DNA of 64,000 nucleotides from Anthoceros angustus (Eukaryota; Plantae; Anthocerotophyta). The position numbers were made by a program, and so were the translations under genes. Positions within the stretch are counted from its first letter, which is position 1, and every line of letters begins with the position of its first letter. Under the pieces are notes generated by a model that saw nothing but the letters and a program-made list of their open reading frames with translations, ran no database searches and was not told the DNA's origin. Where the stretch lies: positions 124,001 through 188,000 of the forward strand of contig VJWM01000134.1 of the NCBI GenBank assembly GCA_010909165.1. Direction: 5' to 3'. Positions 47,995-60,639 of the stretch are shown here, in pieces.

Positions 47995-48200
47995 GCGAGC
48001 GAGCGGGCAGTGGGGAGCGAGCGGCCGGTGAGGGAGGGAGCGAGCGGCCGGTGAGGGAGCGAGCGAGCGGCCGGTGAGGGAGAGAGCGAGCGGCCGGTGA
48101 GGGAGGGAGCGAGCGGCCGGTGAGGGAGCGAGCGAGCGGCCTAAGTGATGGAAATGTAGCGAGCGAGCGCCGTGATGGAGCGAGCGAGCGGCCGGTGAGG
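47995..48200. repeat. ~23 bp purine-rich minisatellite (GAGGGAGCGAGCGAGCGGCCGGT)
   Basis: About 6 copies read directly. Confidence 0.85.
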
Positions 48201-49599
48201 GAGAGGAGCGAAAGCAAGGCTGCGTGAGGGAAGGAGGGATGGGCGGGCGCGGGCGCTGCCGGGCCGGGCGTGGCGCGGCGGGCGACGCTACGCTGGATAC
48301 GGGCCGCGCGGTGCGGGCAAAAGCGCTGGACGGGCAGGGCGCGAGCGAGCATGGCGTGGGAATCCAAGGGCGGTGGCAAGTGCGACGGGCGCTGGCCAGC
48401 GGCAATATCAAGGCCCGACGGTGCGTCGGGACTGGCGTGGAAGGCCCAGATGGCGGGCGCTGGGCGCTGGTGCGAGTGCGGCCGGGAGGCTGGGCGCGAG
48501 GGGCGGGTGCGCTGGGAGCCGTGACGGCAGCGGGAGCGGGCGAGCGTTTCGGCCGCTTGACAAAGGCGCAGGAGCAAAGCGCGCCAGCGCGGGAGTGGAA
48601 GTGGCGGGGCAGGCTGCCAGGTGCAGGGCGCGGGGCACTGGCGTACCGCCGCGCTGGCACAGGAAAGCAAGCGCGTTGCAGGTGGTGTGCGCATCGCGGG
48701 CTGTGGCGCTGTTGCGAGGACGAGGTGCGAGCGGCGCGTGGATCGGGGCTGCAGCTCTTCCGTAGGTGTAGGCGCAGGGTTTCCGGCAGTCCCGGCCGCG
48801 TGACCGGCCCGTCATCTGCCGACGGCGTGCTCCGCGGTCATGAGGTAGGTGTATACTCCCGAGGTAGGGTGGCGGTGTTGGCTCGAGTTCTGGCAGACGG
48901 CAGGTGTTGCCCTTGCTGTTTCACGGCTCCAGTAGGCGGGGTTCTACCGGGGTTCACGCTGGCTAGTGTGCCACCGGAGTTGCATGCTATGTGTGTTGTC
49001 ATGGCCGCGGTATGCAGGAATTTATTTTTTCCCCGATTTTGTTCAGCCTCCTTTCTGTATCGGTCAGGATTTCTACCCCGCCTTTTGTTGCGTAGTTGCA
49101 AAAGTGCGTCGGTTTGGTGGGCTCAAGCAGCTGGTCTCCTGTGGTTGCGCTCCAGCAGAAATGCAGCTCTGGCCGGGCTTAGTTCGGCCATACGGAGCCT
49201 CACACCGTGATGTCCTGTAAAGGCCAATGGGTCGCTTTGTCCTTGGCCCCGTCCCCATCTCCTCGGCCCCTGCCGCCTCCGCCGGGACTGGCTTATGGAG
49301 AGCCCTTAGTACCCTTCCCAATGGGGCGGTTCACCTCCCCCAGGACCGTTAAGGACACGGGAGTGTCCCTGGCTCCTGTGTTCAACTCGCCTGGCAGGTG
49401 TCAAGGGTGCAGGAAACCCACATTGGCACATGGCTATAAAAGATTTCGACTGCACTCACTTGGGTTGCCTAAGTGCACACATTATGCGACTCCTCCCTCC
49501 AGCCTCCCGCAGCGCGGTGCTCCCGCCTGTGTGACGCTCCATCGCGGGGTGCCTCTCTCTTCCTTGGAATGGTTATGGGCGTCGTACCGGATCACATAC

Positions 49600-52500
49600 A
49601 AGCACTCCACCTCCAGATTTTCTTGGTGGTGACTCGCTGTGACAATGTCCACCACCCTAGTCCTTCGTGCATCCCCTTTATTACCACCTCCGCCCGCTCA
49701 CTGGAGGTACCTTCTGCCCACGTCGCCCCACCTTAAAGATGCAACTGCTATATACAAAAGGGCGAGCGAGGCACAAAGGCTCACTTGACCCGCCTTCCGC
49801 TTGGTAGCTCCATCTCCCATAGGTACTGCTCCAACTCAGATAAGAGGGCCGCCCGCCCGCCTCCCTTCTCCGCTTCGCCAGGTCCGCTGCTCACGCTTAG
49901 GGTTTGTCCTACTCCGCTCTCCTCCTCTATCGCCGCCACCAATTCCTCATCCGGAAGGCGCCTCTCGATCCCGCAGATGTGCCCGCTTTTAACTGGACAA
50001 GAAGTCGCTGGTGTTGCTGCCTTGCCTAGTCTCCACCTCAAATGTGAACTCCTGTAGCAATGTAATCCACCTCGCACCGTCGACAAGTCCGCTTTTGTTC
50101 ACCAAATGCTTGAGCGCCAAGTGATCAACATAGAACACAAACTCATTGGGCGTAAGGTGCCCGAATTTCTTAACGATACCATCCCAATGCCTCGCTCCGT
50201 AGTAGTGTACGCTCCGCGAGCCGCCTTCCCGCCGTAGTAGATTGATGATCCTCCGCTTATCGCTTTTTTGATCGAGCACTACCCAATGGCAAAGGCCGAC
50301 ATCCACATACACATGGAATCGCTTCCCCCCCCTTTGACTGGGCACCGACTGAGTGGTCTAGGTCTCTCGAATGCCGCCTCCCTTCTCGTGTCCAGTCCAT
50401 TCTTCCTCCTTCCCGAGTAGCTCTGCTAGCTGAGGCCCGCTTTGCAAAATCTTGGATGAAACATAGTAACCCACCATGCCTGTGAACTCAGAACTTAGGC
50501 GTCAGAGGGATTGGATGACCTTCACCTTGTCTTGATCCACCTCTATCCCTCTCCCCGACCACGTGTCCCCAAGATTCCCTCGTCATGCAGTAGCATTTCT
50601 CGGGATGCGAGCAGTTGAGTCTCCTTACAACGCTCCAAGCACTTCCGCATGTCAGCGTGCTTGTCCTCTTCCCGTGCACAAAAGTCGTCCAGAACACCTC
50701 CATGAAGTCCCTCGGAAAATCCGGGAAGGCGTTGGTCACCATCCGCATAAATGATCCGGTGCTCTGTCATCCCAGGCGCTTCGTTTGTGGCAAGCGTCCC
50801 CACTCCGTGGTGAGCGTTGTCTTATCGATCCGACTCCCTTAGGTGCGGTTGGTTGTGGCGGAGTATAGTCAAGAAGGAGTAGGTACTCCGTCCTGCCACC
50901 TTGTCGATATATGCGTCTACAAAGGGCATGGGAAATGGTCCTTCTCGGTGGCGGCGTTGAGCTTTCTCCGATCTGACGGACCACGGATCTGCTTCTTTGT
51001 TTCTTGGCGACAACAATGGGTGCATACATTCACGATTGGGAAGATGATGTCGCCTCCGGATATTTATCCGGGACTTCCTTGACCTTGGCGAGTGCTTGGG
51101 ATTGATTTATCTTGCCGAATCGAGCACCGCTCAGCTTCAGATCTATCGGTGTTATTTTGTTTGAATGCCTTCATGTCGTGACCTTGAAAGCAAACACCTC
51201 ACTAAATTCCCCAACAAGCTGAGTGAGGTCCGTGTTTCAACTCCATGGCATGGAAGGCCGGGCGGACCTCCACGTCTTCCACATCGTCGGGATTGGCCGT
51301 TTCTCTTTCCCTCGCCCCGCTCGCCCAAAGCCATCATCCTCCATCAGGGTTCATCTTCACGCATTCCCCATTCCGAAGAGTTAAATGCGAGTGAAGCGGG
51401 TCACTTCTTGGGGTCCTCCTCATCGGTGGGTTCCCGTTTTCCTTAGTCCTCAGCCCGACTTCCACGAGCAGTCACCTCCCGCTCCGAAAGTGTCCCTCGG
51501 TAGTCCATCTCTTCTTGGACCACGAGATTTTGGAAGGGTAGTCCTCATTCGTATCCTCGCGCTCATCGTCCCCCTTGTCTTGGTGAGGTGTACCCCTGTG
51601 GTGCTTACGGTTTTCACGGTGTGTCCTTACTCCAGTGTGCTACCGTCCTTCCCTCACCTTGGATCAGTCCGGCAAGTGTATTTCCTTCCAGTGTAGTTTT
51701 GTCGAGCGAGTCGGCCAGTCGCTTCAGACCTCGTACCCCGGAGGTCAGCGGGTGATGACGAAAGTCCAATGTATAGGGGCTCCCGCTATGGTGGCTTGAC
51801 CGACAACTCCACGGCGCGCCATGTGACATGTCCGCCATCCCGAGGGTTTGGTGGATGGCTCAAGGTGGTGAACCCCAACCGCCTCGGTGGCCTCCGTGAT
51901 GAGGTTCACTCCCGACCCCGTGTCCGTGGGCACGCTTAATCACACACCGCAATTTCTACTCAACCATCGGGCGCCCGTGGTCCGTATGAGATACTACCTT
52001 ACCTCCACGTTTCTGCCTTCCGCCAAGGAGTTTCGTGGTTGTGTCTCCCGATGGCCTCCGACTTCGCCGATACTGGGTTGTCTTTAACAACGCCTAAGGG
52101 ACACCAAGTGTTGTTGATCCATCATCAAGTCGGCCACCTTGAAAGGGTGGCTCTCACGCCCCGCCTTGATCTTCCAGCCTCCGCCACCGCCTGTGGTGGT
52201 CGGACCACCTCCGGTCCTGGGATCTCTTCCTCAAGCATCTCCGCACGACCACATCCTGGAACTGGGTGTTGCCTTGGGTGAGTCCGCCTCCCAACATTCC
52301 GGCTCGGGTTGGTCGCTTCTTCCCAGAGCTGCCCGATTTAACTCGCCTCCTTAGCCGGGACCTCCTTCAGTGTGTCCTGCCTCCGTATCCGCTGGACTAT
52401 CCCATTTTTCTTCCTCTTAAACTGCCTCTCCTTTCGCCTTCCTTTCGGCGGTGCTGACACTTCCAAGACTTCCAGTCCGCCTTCTCTCCTCCTTAGAACT

Positions 52501-52878
52501 CTCGCCTGCACCACCTGCTCAAGTTCCTCCTGCGCCTTCCCACTCCGCCACCGCCTTCAACTGTAGCACGCGCCTTAGGGAGGCGAGGTGGGTCGCCCTC
52601 ACTGGGTGGCATAGCGCACCGCCCCAACGAGGATTGGCTGGCACCGCCCGCCATGTGCCCCGCCACATAATCTCCACACAGCGCTCAAAGTCCCCTGCTT
52701 GCCTTGCCGAGTATGGACACGTTGGAGTAGTGCCCGGTTCCCATGGGGCCCAGCAGACCACCGCCGTGAGAATTCCTCGGAGGGGCTCCTCATGCGCATC
52801 GAGGTCGCTGCAGATGGACCGCTGCCAGGGGCATACATCCCCGGGATACCGCCTCGGTGTGGTGCTTCTTGCACTTGG
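49600..52878 (-). mobile_element. Ty3/Gypsy retrotransposon gag-pol, 3' part (gag C-term, RT, RNase H, integrase start), degenerate
   Basis: PMPFVDAYIDKVAGRSTYSFL, RDFMEVF.DDFC, FVFYVDHLALKHLVNKS...RWITLLQEFTFEV, MHEGLG.GH. Confidence 0.85.
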
Positions 52879-53138
52879 TGTAAGGGTATTAAAGTTTCAA
52901 TGTACTTAGACTAATACACTTAGTCTAAGTTAGGTGTCGCTATATCATTAGTTTAGCAAAAGCTAATCACTAGGAAGCTTCTTGTGCTCCTTCCTAGGAG
53001 CTTCTTGTGGAGCTTCCTAGGGAGCCCTATTGGAGGGTATAAATACCCTCCAAGCCTCATCTCAATTGGAGAGAGCTACACTTGCCTCCTCCTCTCCTCT
53101 CCTCTTTCCACCATCATGTGCTGCCACACGATCCTTCA
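52879..53138 (+). repeat. Copia 5' LTR (~260 bp)
   Basis: Starts TGTAAGGGTATTAAAG, ends ...CCTTCA; contains TATAAATA. Confidence 0.9.
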
Positions 53139-53140
53139 AC

Positions 53141-53152
53141 TGGTATCAGAGC
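53141..53152 (+). promoter_or_regulatory. Primer-binding site complementary to initiator tRNA-Met
   Basis: TGGTATCAGAGC 2 nt after the LTR end. Confidence 0.9.
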
Positions 53153-56100
53153 CATGGTTTGGTTGTGTTGTGATGCTAGAATTTTCTAGTGCGGGCGGCA
53201 GCTCGTGGGTGCAGGTGATCCGGATCGCGGCGAGGCGACGCGCGGCGAGCGTGGCGGGGCGGCCGTGGCGCGACCGCGGCGGCAGCGGCGCGTGGCCGTG
53301 CGAGGCGCCCGGCGCGAGCGTGCGGGCAGCGGAGGAGGCAGCCGGGCGGCCAGGCGCGGCGGCGCAGCGGCGCGCGGCCTTGAGCGGCAGCGGGCAGCGG
53401 GCCTTGAGCCGCAGGCCGGCGCGGCCTTGCGGCGCGCGGCCTTGGCAGCGCGGGCGGCAAGCGTGAGCCGCGGGCGGCCAGCCGCGCAGCCCGCCCGCCA
53501 GCGGCGCGCGCCCGGCCGCGGCCGGGCCCCGGCCGCCAGCGGGGCAGCCAGCGCCGGCCGGGGCGGGCGCCGGCCAGGCGGCGCAGCAGCCGCCCCGGCC
53601 CGGCAGCCGGCCCGGCCGTGGGGCCGCCGGCGCGGCATGGCCGTCTTGGCGTGGGCGGCGTGGCGCAGGCGCCGGCGGTGGCGTGCAGGCGCGATGGCGC
53701 CGAGCGCGCGTGTGGCGGGCAGCGGCGGGGCGGCGGCCTGGTGATGCAGGCGGTGGCGAAATATTTGGATACTCGGTGGAATAGTCAACGGCAAAATACA
53801 CGGACGTCGGTGGTTTTTCTTCTTTGACTTTTCGACAAGGCGAGTCAGTGTTTATGTATCGATTTTTGAGTCATGATGTCTTCATCATCGAGCGTCATGT
53901 TCAATATCGAGAAGTTAGATGGTACTAACTTCCGTTCGGAAAGAACAAGTGTATAATGTTCTAGTGCGAAAAGCGGATCAAGCCCATAAAGTTGTTAGGC
54001 GTCAAACCGGATAGTATGACGGGATGAGTGGCGGGACTGGATGAGCTTGCTAGATCTACTATCATGCTAACATTGTCAAAAGCAGTGTACTTCAATGTGA
54101 AAGATAAGACCACGAGTTACGGATGGCGGAAGTTGTGTGACTGTGAGAAGCAAAGTGCGGCTTCTCGGTGTATTGGTTGAAACGGTGGTGGACTTGAAGA
54201 TGAAGGAAGGGACGAGGATGTCCGATCATCGAATGATTTCAATACCATTTTCAGCCGTCTCATCTCAAGGTATCACGTTCCCGTTAGTGAGAGCTATGTT
54301 TATTGGTCACATTACAGAGTTGGGACACCTTTTAAATGCGACTGAGTAATTTGCCCGCTAGTGGTCTTACCATTGTAAATGTAGAAGGTAGCACATTGGC
54401 GAGGAGGTGAGCAGGAAAAACATGGAACCTTCCAAAGGTTCCGGTGCCCTCATAGTGAGAGGGAGGTCCCTGCGAAGGGGAAACCGGACGAAGCTTTTCT
54501 CAAATCTCGTAGTCGTAACAAGAATGTGGAGTGTCACTATTGTCACAAAAGGGTCACTTCAAAGAGAGTGCGAGAAGTTCAAAAGGACCAAGGAAAAGAA
54601 GCGGGGACAAGAAGGCGACTTAAATCGAGTTGGAAGAGTTAAACTCATTGAGGACGGAGATGTCCTTATCTCTTCTTACTTGAATCTTGCACAATTAACT
54701 AGTGGATAGTCATTTATTACGCAATTGGATAATTGACTCGGTGCATCTTTCCATGTTACTCCTCATAGAGTGGTTTAGCACGTATGATGCTACAAGGAAA
54801 GGATGCGTTAGGAAATAACTATGCATGCGGATCGCGGCGTGGTGATGTGCAACTCAAGTTTGACAACGGATCTTCATTCATCTTTGAAGGGCGTTAGGCA
54901 TGTTCGAAGTTGACAAAGAGCATGATTAGCGACGGTTGGATGATCTTTGGTTACCATGGTTTGGGGATCACTCTTGGAAGATCTCCAAAGGTTCTCTGTG
55001 TTAGCTCGTGGATCGAAGTGTGGCACTTTGTACTCACTTGGTAAACATCAAAGATCATGTGATCGTGACAGCGACCAAATGTTTCCTTGTGGCATTGCCG
55101 GTTAGGACATATGTCTCGAGAAGGGAATGAAGGTTTTATCTCGTTACGGTTATATCCTGTTCTTAACTTCTCGATCTCTCGATGTGTGAGCCTTTGTTTA
55201 TATGGGAAGCAGACAAAATCATCACATCGAACACGAGGTAAAAGTAGGAGTAAACCTCTTGAGTTGGTTCACGATGATGTATGTGGACCTATGCCTCTCG
55301 CATCATTAGGCGGTGCCTCTATTTTGTCACTTTCATAGATGATTTCTCCAAGGTGTGGGTTTATCCTTTGAGGAAAAAGGATGAAGTTCGGTGTTTGAAA
55401 TTTGTCACCCTTAGAGAATCGATCACCGATTGAAGTGTCTAAGGGCGATAATGGTGGAAGTATGTTTAGCTTTCAGTCATTACGTGATTCCAAGGGAATC
55501 AAAATTATCGCCGTATCTCCTCCACAAAATGGTGTGGGCGGATGAAGCAGAACCATTCGAGGAGAGGATGCGTAGTTTGTTGTCAAACTCTGGATTGCCT
55601 AATGGGTTTTGGGCGAGCGATGTCTCTGCAGTTCATCTTATTAACGGATCTCCTAATAATTTGATGAGCGGGTTCGAGCTATGGTGCGGAAAGAAACCAT
55701 CCTACAAGCATCTGAGTGTTTGGTGAGGCATCTTGCCATGTTCCAAAAGAGTTTCGGGACAAGTTGGCACCTAAGTCCAAGAAATGTATTTTTCTTGGCT
55801 ATGGTGATTCAGTGAGATGGGATACCGTTTGTGGGATCCGAGGCTAGAAAGGTTGTTCGTACTAACGTGTTCTTCAATGAGAACAAGATGCACGGAAGCC
55901 TACTCCAATGGAGGTGCGAAGGGTGATCTTCCAAGAAGATGGACATGATCATCATGGCGGGGTTGATACGTGGTAATGAGCACATTCCTCCACCGATAGA
56001 TGAACCAAGAGTCGAACAAGCACCTATAGAGGTGCACATGCTTCGTGGGTCGAGGCGGGGATTACACCTCGGGTATGATCCATCTGGATTATGTTATGAC

Positions 56101-57602
56101 AGTTGTGGGGAACCCTCTTCTTACAAAGAGGCCACAGAGTAACAAAGAAGTGGGAGAAGGCCATGCGATCGAAATGAATTATGCATAAGAACCAAACTTG
56201 GGAGTTGGTTGGTTGCCTAGGATAAGAAGGCACTACCGTGCAAATGGGTGTACAAGATGAAGGTCATACCGATGGCAAACCAAAGTACAAGGCCCGATTG
56301 GTTGCTAAGGGTTTCAAGCAACAACCATTGACTTTGATGAGATTTTCTCACCGTAGTCAAAATGACAACTTTGCGATGTGTTCTTGCTTTGGTTGCGAGA
56401 ATGATATGGAACTTATACGGATGGATGTCAAGGCATTCTTGCATGGTGACCTTCAAGAGGGTCTACATGCGGCAACAAGGTTTTGTTGAGAAGGGCAAAG
56501 AGCATCGGTGTGCGAGTTGAGGAAGAGCCTTTATGGTTTGAAGCAGCAGAGTGGTATCACAAGTTCCACTCATTTATGCTTTCTCAAGGCTACAAAAGCG
56601 TAGCGATGAGGATCATTGCCTCTATCAGCAAGCTAAGGATCAAAGCTTGCTCATTTTGATCCTCTATGTGGATGATATGCTAATTCTTTGGGAGCATCTT
56701 GATGAGATTTCGTTGAAGTCAAAGTTGAATGCTCACTTTGAAATACAGACTTGGGAGGCGAGCCATATACTTGGCATGCGTATTCGTCGGAGCAGACATA
56801 AGCGTCGCTTTATTTGTCTCGACGGAATACATTAGGTGCTTCAACGTTTCAACATGGAGAAGGGAAGCCATTGGGTACTCCATTGCCTCCATATGTGAAA
56901 CTTTCAAGCGCGGATTGCCCAAGCTCGAGGAGGACAAAATGAAATGGAGAAGGTCCCATACTCATCGGTGTAGGGAGTTTGATGTATGCAATGATTGCTA
57001 CGTCGACATTGCCTTTGCGGTGGGAGTGGTTAGCAGTTTATGTCAAACCACGGCAAGAAGCATTGGGAGGCGATAAAAGGAGTTATGAGGTATCGAATGG
57101 TACAAAAGCTTTGTGCATATGTTTTGGTAGTGAAGATGCATGTGGTTGGGTACGGATCTCGATTATCGAGGATATGGACAAAGGAGGTCCACATCGGTTA
57201 TGTCTTCACGCCTTTGGAGGCGATCTCATGGCGATCTCGTTTGCGATCGTGCATTACGCTATCTACCAGGCCGAGTATGTTGCGACCGAGGCTTGCAAGG
57301 AAGCCATATGGCTTGCTCGTTTAGTGGGAGACTTGGGGATCAAGGTTGAGTGTTGCATTGTGATAGCAGTGCTATCCAATTGGCAAAGAATCCGATGTTT
57401 CATGCGAAGACTAAACATGTGGATGTGAAGTATCACTTCATTCGAGAGGTGTTGGACGGAGGGTACAACTTGTCAAGGTTCACCGGCCCGAACCTGCGGA
57501 TATTCTTACCAAGGGACTCTACGAGCAATTTGCACAAGCTCGGACGATGGGCATGAGATAGTCCATTCTTCCTGAAGGTAAATTGGCCTTTAAGTGGGAG
57601 GT

Positions 57603-57856
57603 TGTAAGGGTATTAAAGCCCAATGTACTTAGACTAATACACTTAGTCTAAGTTAGGTGTCGATTAAGTATCATTAGTTTAGCAAGCTAATCACTAGGAA
57701 GCTTCTTGTGCTCCTTCCTAGGAGCTTCTTGTGGAGCTTCCTAGGGAGCCCTATTGGAGGTATAAATACCCTCCAAGCCTCATCTCAATGTGAGAGCTAC
57801 TTGCCTCCTCCTCTCCTCTCTCTTCCACCAAAGATGGCCGCCCACGATCCTCTTCA
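57603..57856 (+). repeat. Copia 3' LTR (~254 bp), preceded by polypurine tract AAGTGGGAGG
   Basis: Matches the 5' LTR with scattered differences, mostly near the 3' end. Confidence 0.9.
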
Positions 57857-58950
57857 CTGGTATGCATCCTCCCACTGCTCCTCGACTCTTCCCCGTAGTC
57901 GACTCCACCGGGTTCACGGGTCCGAGGGCAGCTAGCCTCTCGAATGCCCATGTTGGTGACACACCGCACACCATGATGAGTCCGGACCGCAGGCCTTACG
58001 CCCGCTCTTTATCCTTCACCGCTGATCGTCAACCTCCACCTCTTCATTACCTGCTCCAGATCTTCCCTCAGCTTACTTCCTTCAAAGGAGTCGGGACCTC
58101 TCGACGCCATGCATCATAACCTCCTTCTTCTACCCTCCGCTGAGGGCTTTTTCTTCTTATTTCTTCGGGTTCTTCTTCTTCCATGACATCCTGATTCTTC
58201 TGTGAGTCCTCTCCTCCTCCTCCGATGCTACCTGCCTCATCATCCTCTTCCGAGGGTTCTTCATCTCGGAGTCCCACCCCGCTTTCTTTTCTTCTTCCTC
58301 CGAGGCGCCTCCTCGGCCGTTGGTGCATCGATTCTTCATAGTTCTCTCGCCGCCCGCCTTGCTCACATCCTTCTTCGCCAAAGAAAGAGACGCTTAGCCA
58401 TTGGCTTGGATAAGCCACCAACCAACGATATCACCGCATGGTGGTGTGAGTGGGTGCCGTCCCAAGAGCGAGGAACCGCTCGATGCACGATCCCAACTGG
58501 CCTTGCCCCGCCTAGTTCTCGAGTTTGACAAGACGTAGCCTTCTTGATCAATTCCATGAATCTTTCTAAGAAGGCATCCTTCAATGCTCAAGGTCGCAGG
58601 GGGAGCATTCTCGGGTGGCTTGCATTTCCTCCACATTGAGTCAGCTGCTCCTCAGGACCTTCGAATTGGATGAGTGCATCCGATCCTTCTCCGTTGAAGT
58701 TCGGGATACGAAATCCTCCACAAGGTTTCGCATCCTGCTCCTTCTTTCCCAAAGAGGGAATACGCTTGCTTGTCGACGCGCCATGCCGCGAACAAGGGAG
58801 AGGGACCGCCCCTTACCACCCGACTTGGTGCCGCCTCCTCACGATCCGGCCAACCCACCGCGCTACCGTTGTGGTCCCCGCCGAGCTCGCGTTCCTCACG
58901 CCTCGCGCCGAGCGCTGGCAAATACAACGTCCGACTCTCTCGCAATTGCC
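57857..58950 (-). mobile_element. Gypsy gag N-terminal part (continuation of 49600-52878)
   Basis: The frame reads through the Copia site (EEQWEDAY|QVQEAPHRGG); LKDAFLERF-type gag motif at ~58580. Confidence 0.75.
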
Positions 58951-60639
58951 CTTAACTACCTCACGCCCTCCACGCATCTACACGGAACGATTTCATTCCC
59001 CTGCAACGGCCAAAATGTGGCGCGACTACCGACGGCCATGGCGCGACAATCCCGCAAGGTCGCTGTAGGAAGGAGTCCGCTCCCAAGGGAATGATAGGCT
59101 CCGCTTGTCGCTTCGATTTATTCTTACTTCACTTTTCTGCTCCCTCAACGCACAATATTCATCCGTCGCATCTAACTACTGCAACGTTTCACCGCACAGC
59201 CCGGTGGGCTAAACGCGGGGACCTGTTCTCCAGATCGCTCACGCTCACTTGCACCTCTAGTCCGCTCTTCTCTCCACCACACCACACTTACCGCCTTAGG
59301 GAAAACGCGGGCTACAAGCCCGACCTCCTCCGCTGCTCGCCGGGCCTCCGTCCGGCTCTACACGCCTCCCGAGTCCTCCCACCACACGCTCCCGGCTCAC
59401 GCTGGGCCGCTCGACGAACACGGGTCCCTCACCCTTCTCCGCACACACCACCACACGTTAGGGTCCACTCAACCTTGACCGGGCCTCCGGCCGTCGTGCT
59501 CGCTGACTCAGACTCAGCAAGAAGACGCACAAGGGTCTGCAAGAACGCGCATCAACACCAAGAGAAAGATACTTTACTTAGAGCAATTTCCCTCTTATAC
59601 TACGCCCGAGGTCGGCGCCTTTATTACACCCCTATTCCGAGCCGGGGTTACACCAAGACGCCTAATCGCCGCCTACCATCCTATTCCTCCTCCTATCTCC
59701 TTCGCTGGTGGGTCAAGGTCCTGGTTCCACGGGATTGGTGGTCCAATCTCCTACCGACAGCGGCAAGACCCTAATCGGATGATCCGCGAGGCGGACCCCT
59801 TCCTCTTCCGAACCTGCGTTGGTTACGGCGCGGTCCCGACGACCGCTACCACACACGCTGCTTCCCCGTTCCCCTGCTGGGTCCTCGTCCCAGGGCCACC
59901 GACGCCCGCCTCGGGGGCCTGAGGACCTCCATTTCCCGAGTCCGACTGGTCCGGCCTCGACCCGAGTCCAACTCCTGAGTCTGCCTTCCCGAGTCCGGCC
60001 TGGGTCCGGCCTCCGGGTTCGACCTCAAGGTCCGATTACCGGGTCCGGCCTCCACGCCCCGACTTTACCGCGGACCTCTTATCGCTAGGTCCTCATCCTT
60101 CCCACCGACTCCTTGTCTTGGCCTCCTGGCTTCCTCCTTCCACCCCTTCTGGCCCCGCCTATCTTCCCGAAAGGTGCGACTTACCCCGGGATCTGCTCCT
60201 CCTCCGGCTCCCGCCCTCCTCCAAACAGGGCCACTAGAGTCCCCTGCGGCCGTCCCCCATGCCCTTCATCCCCTTCCGAGCCTTCCTGTGGGTCCTATTT
60301 GCGCACGAGAGGTCGCCAATGTCTTAAGGAGCCTGTGGTAATAGGCAAAGTCCGAATCAACTTGTCAATTGCCTCTTCCACGGTGCCCCGAGCACCGATA
60401 CTCTCGCCATAGGTGTTCCAAGCCGGGCGCCTGGCTTGTTGGGCCACCTCCCCGCCAGTTTGACAACGAGCTGGGCAGACACGCGAGGCTACAAGGGGCT
60501 GCCTCCACCTCCCGCACTGGCCGCCCAGCCTCTGTCGCTCCGCTGCTACTCCCATAGCGCAGCTGCTCTTCCGCTTTCTCAATCGGACCAGCAGCCTTCT
60601 TTTCTCAAGGCCCAGCTCGCCTCCTCCGCTCATTCCTGC

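Larger units (their letters stand above)
52879..57856 (+). mobile_element. Full-length Ty1/Copia retrotransposon (Tnt1-like), degenerate ORF
   Basis: Two TG...CA LTRs, PBS and PPT. Gag FNIEKLDGTNF, GAG-pre-integrase WHCRLGHMS, integrase ELVHDDVCGPM, RT KYKARLVAKGF/MDVKAFLHGDL/LYVDDML, RNase H CDSSAIQLAKNPMFHAKTKHVDVKYHFIRE. Copia domain order INT-RT-RH. Confidence 0.95.

Noticed and set aside
46671-49210. Long ORFs of 200-330 aa in several frames
   Set aside because: Low-complexity or GC-rich repeats lacking stop codons; no domain motifs.
53136-53801. Overlapping Ala/Arg/Pro-rich ORFs on both strands
   Set aside because: Result of extreme GC content in the Copia leader.
58765-58790. TGGCGCGTCGAC on the minus strand as the Gypsy PBS
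   Set aside because: No matching second LTR could be identified, and I cannot match it to a specific tRNA 3' end.
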